Positions 63,318 to 64,000 of a stretch of DNA of 64,000 nucleotides are shown here, piece by piece (within the stretch, counting starts at the first letter, position 1; every line of letters begins with the position of its first letter). A program made the translations under genes and the position numbers. Source of the stretch: Thermodesulfobacteriota bacterium (GTDB lineage: Bacteria > Desulfobacterota_D > UBA1144 > Nemesobacterales > Nemesobacteraceae); contig OZ241855.1 in NCBI GenBank assembly GCA_965202785.1, forward strand, positions 448,001 to 512,000. The letters run 5' to 3'. A model generated the notes under the pieces. It saw nothing but the letters and a program-made list of their open reading frames with translations, had not been told where the DNA came from and made no database searches.

Positions 63318-64000
63318 TTATTCCTCCACCGCGTAAGCTTCGGGGGGGAGGCATGTGCACACCAGATTCCTGTCTCCGTAGGCGTTGTCTATTCTTGATA
63401 CAGGCGGCCAGAACTTGTTGGTCCTCAGATACGGAAGCGGGAAGAACGCCTGCTGGCGGGAATAGGGATGTTCCCAGTCGGAAGATACAAGATCCAGCAC
63501 CGTGTGGGGAGAATTTGTGAGTACGTTATCAGAAGGATCCGCCCCGCCGTCGATGATATCCTGGATTTCCCCGCGTATCTTTATCATCGCATCGCAGAAC
63601 CTGTCCATTTCCTCCATGGATTCGCTCTCCGTAGGCTCCACCATCAAGGTTCCCGTAACCGGCCATGACATAGTCGGCGCATGGAATCCGTAATCCATGA
63701 GCCTTTTGGCCACGTCTTCCACGGTTATTCCCGCGCTCTTCCCAAGCTCACGCAGGTCAAGTATGAATTCATGGGCGACCCTTCCGTTTTCTCCCTCGTA
63801 GAGAATATCGTAATGCTGCCCGAGCCGGGTCTTAAGGTAATTGGCATTCAGTATCGCGTACCGCGATGCCTCGCTCATTCCGTCCCTTCCGAGAAGCCTT
63901 ATGTATCCGTAGGATATAAGCAATATGCTCGCGCTTCCCCAGGGAGCCGCGGATATCGCTCCGCATGGCTTCTCACCCCCTACCCCCTCCACAACAGCGT
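63318..64000 (-). CDS. gcvP: glycine dehydrogenase P protein (3' part only)
   Basis: [32 protein letters not shown]. Confidence 0.96.
   Translation of the reverse strand, partial: AVVEGVGGEKPCGAISAAPWGSASILLISYGYIRLLGRDGMSEASRYAILNANYLKTRLGQHYDILYEGENGRVAHEFILDLRELGKSAGITVEDVAKRLMDYGFHAPTMSWPVTGTLMVEPTESESMEEMDRFCDAMIKIRGEIQDIIDGGADPSDNVLTNSPHTVLDLVSSDWEHPYSRQQAFFPLPYLRTNKFWPPVSRIDNAYGDRNLVCTCLPPEAYAVEE

Overview
A mostly core-chromosomal bacterial segment with about 60 CDSs. I found no rRNA, tRNA or CRISPR array. Gene content and style suggest a deltaproteobacteria-like lineage such as Candidatus Dadabacteria/Desulfobacterota; this is inference only. Housekeeping blocks: ftsZ (partial), ftsY-ribD-nadD-rsfS, rho, yebC-ruvCAB, tolQRA, argS, ffh-rpsP-khpA-rimM-trmD, rplS, polA-dacB, rsmA, thrC, pyrE, cysP-like/cysH, rrf2-sufBCD, a stand-alone nuoJKL, nth, truA, leuB-mfd-surA-like and gcvP (partial). 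Accessory elements: (1) an IS5 remnant; (2) a luciferase-like monooxygenase divergent from a Cys-less thiolase-like/DUF35 pair; (3) a tandem-trypsin lipoprotein with a C11 tract in its predicted leader; (4) the best candidate for an undescribed system, at about 46.1-49.9 kb. That module has two tandem, extended acetoacetate-decarboxylase-superfamily paralogs with their own promoter and terminator, an orphan ParG/RHH-like DNA-binding protein, and a divergent AmiS/UreI channel with sigma54-like regulatory DNA. Smaller signals are a probable ATA start for rsfS, a perfect Fur-like palindrome before the suf operon, and near-leaderless genes. All calls come from motif recognition by eye; no searches were run.
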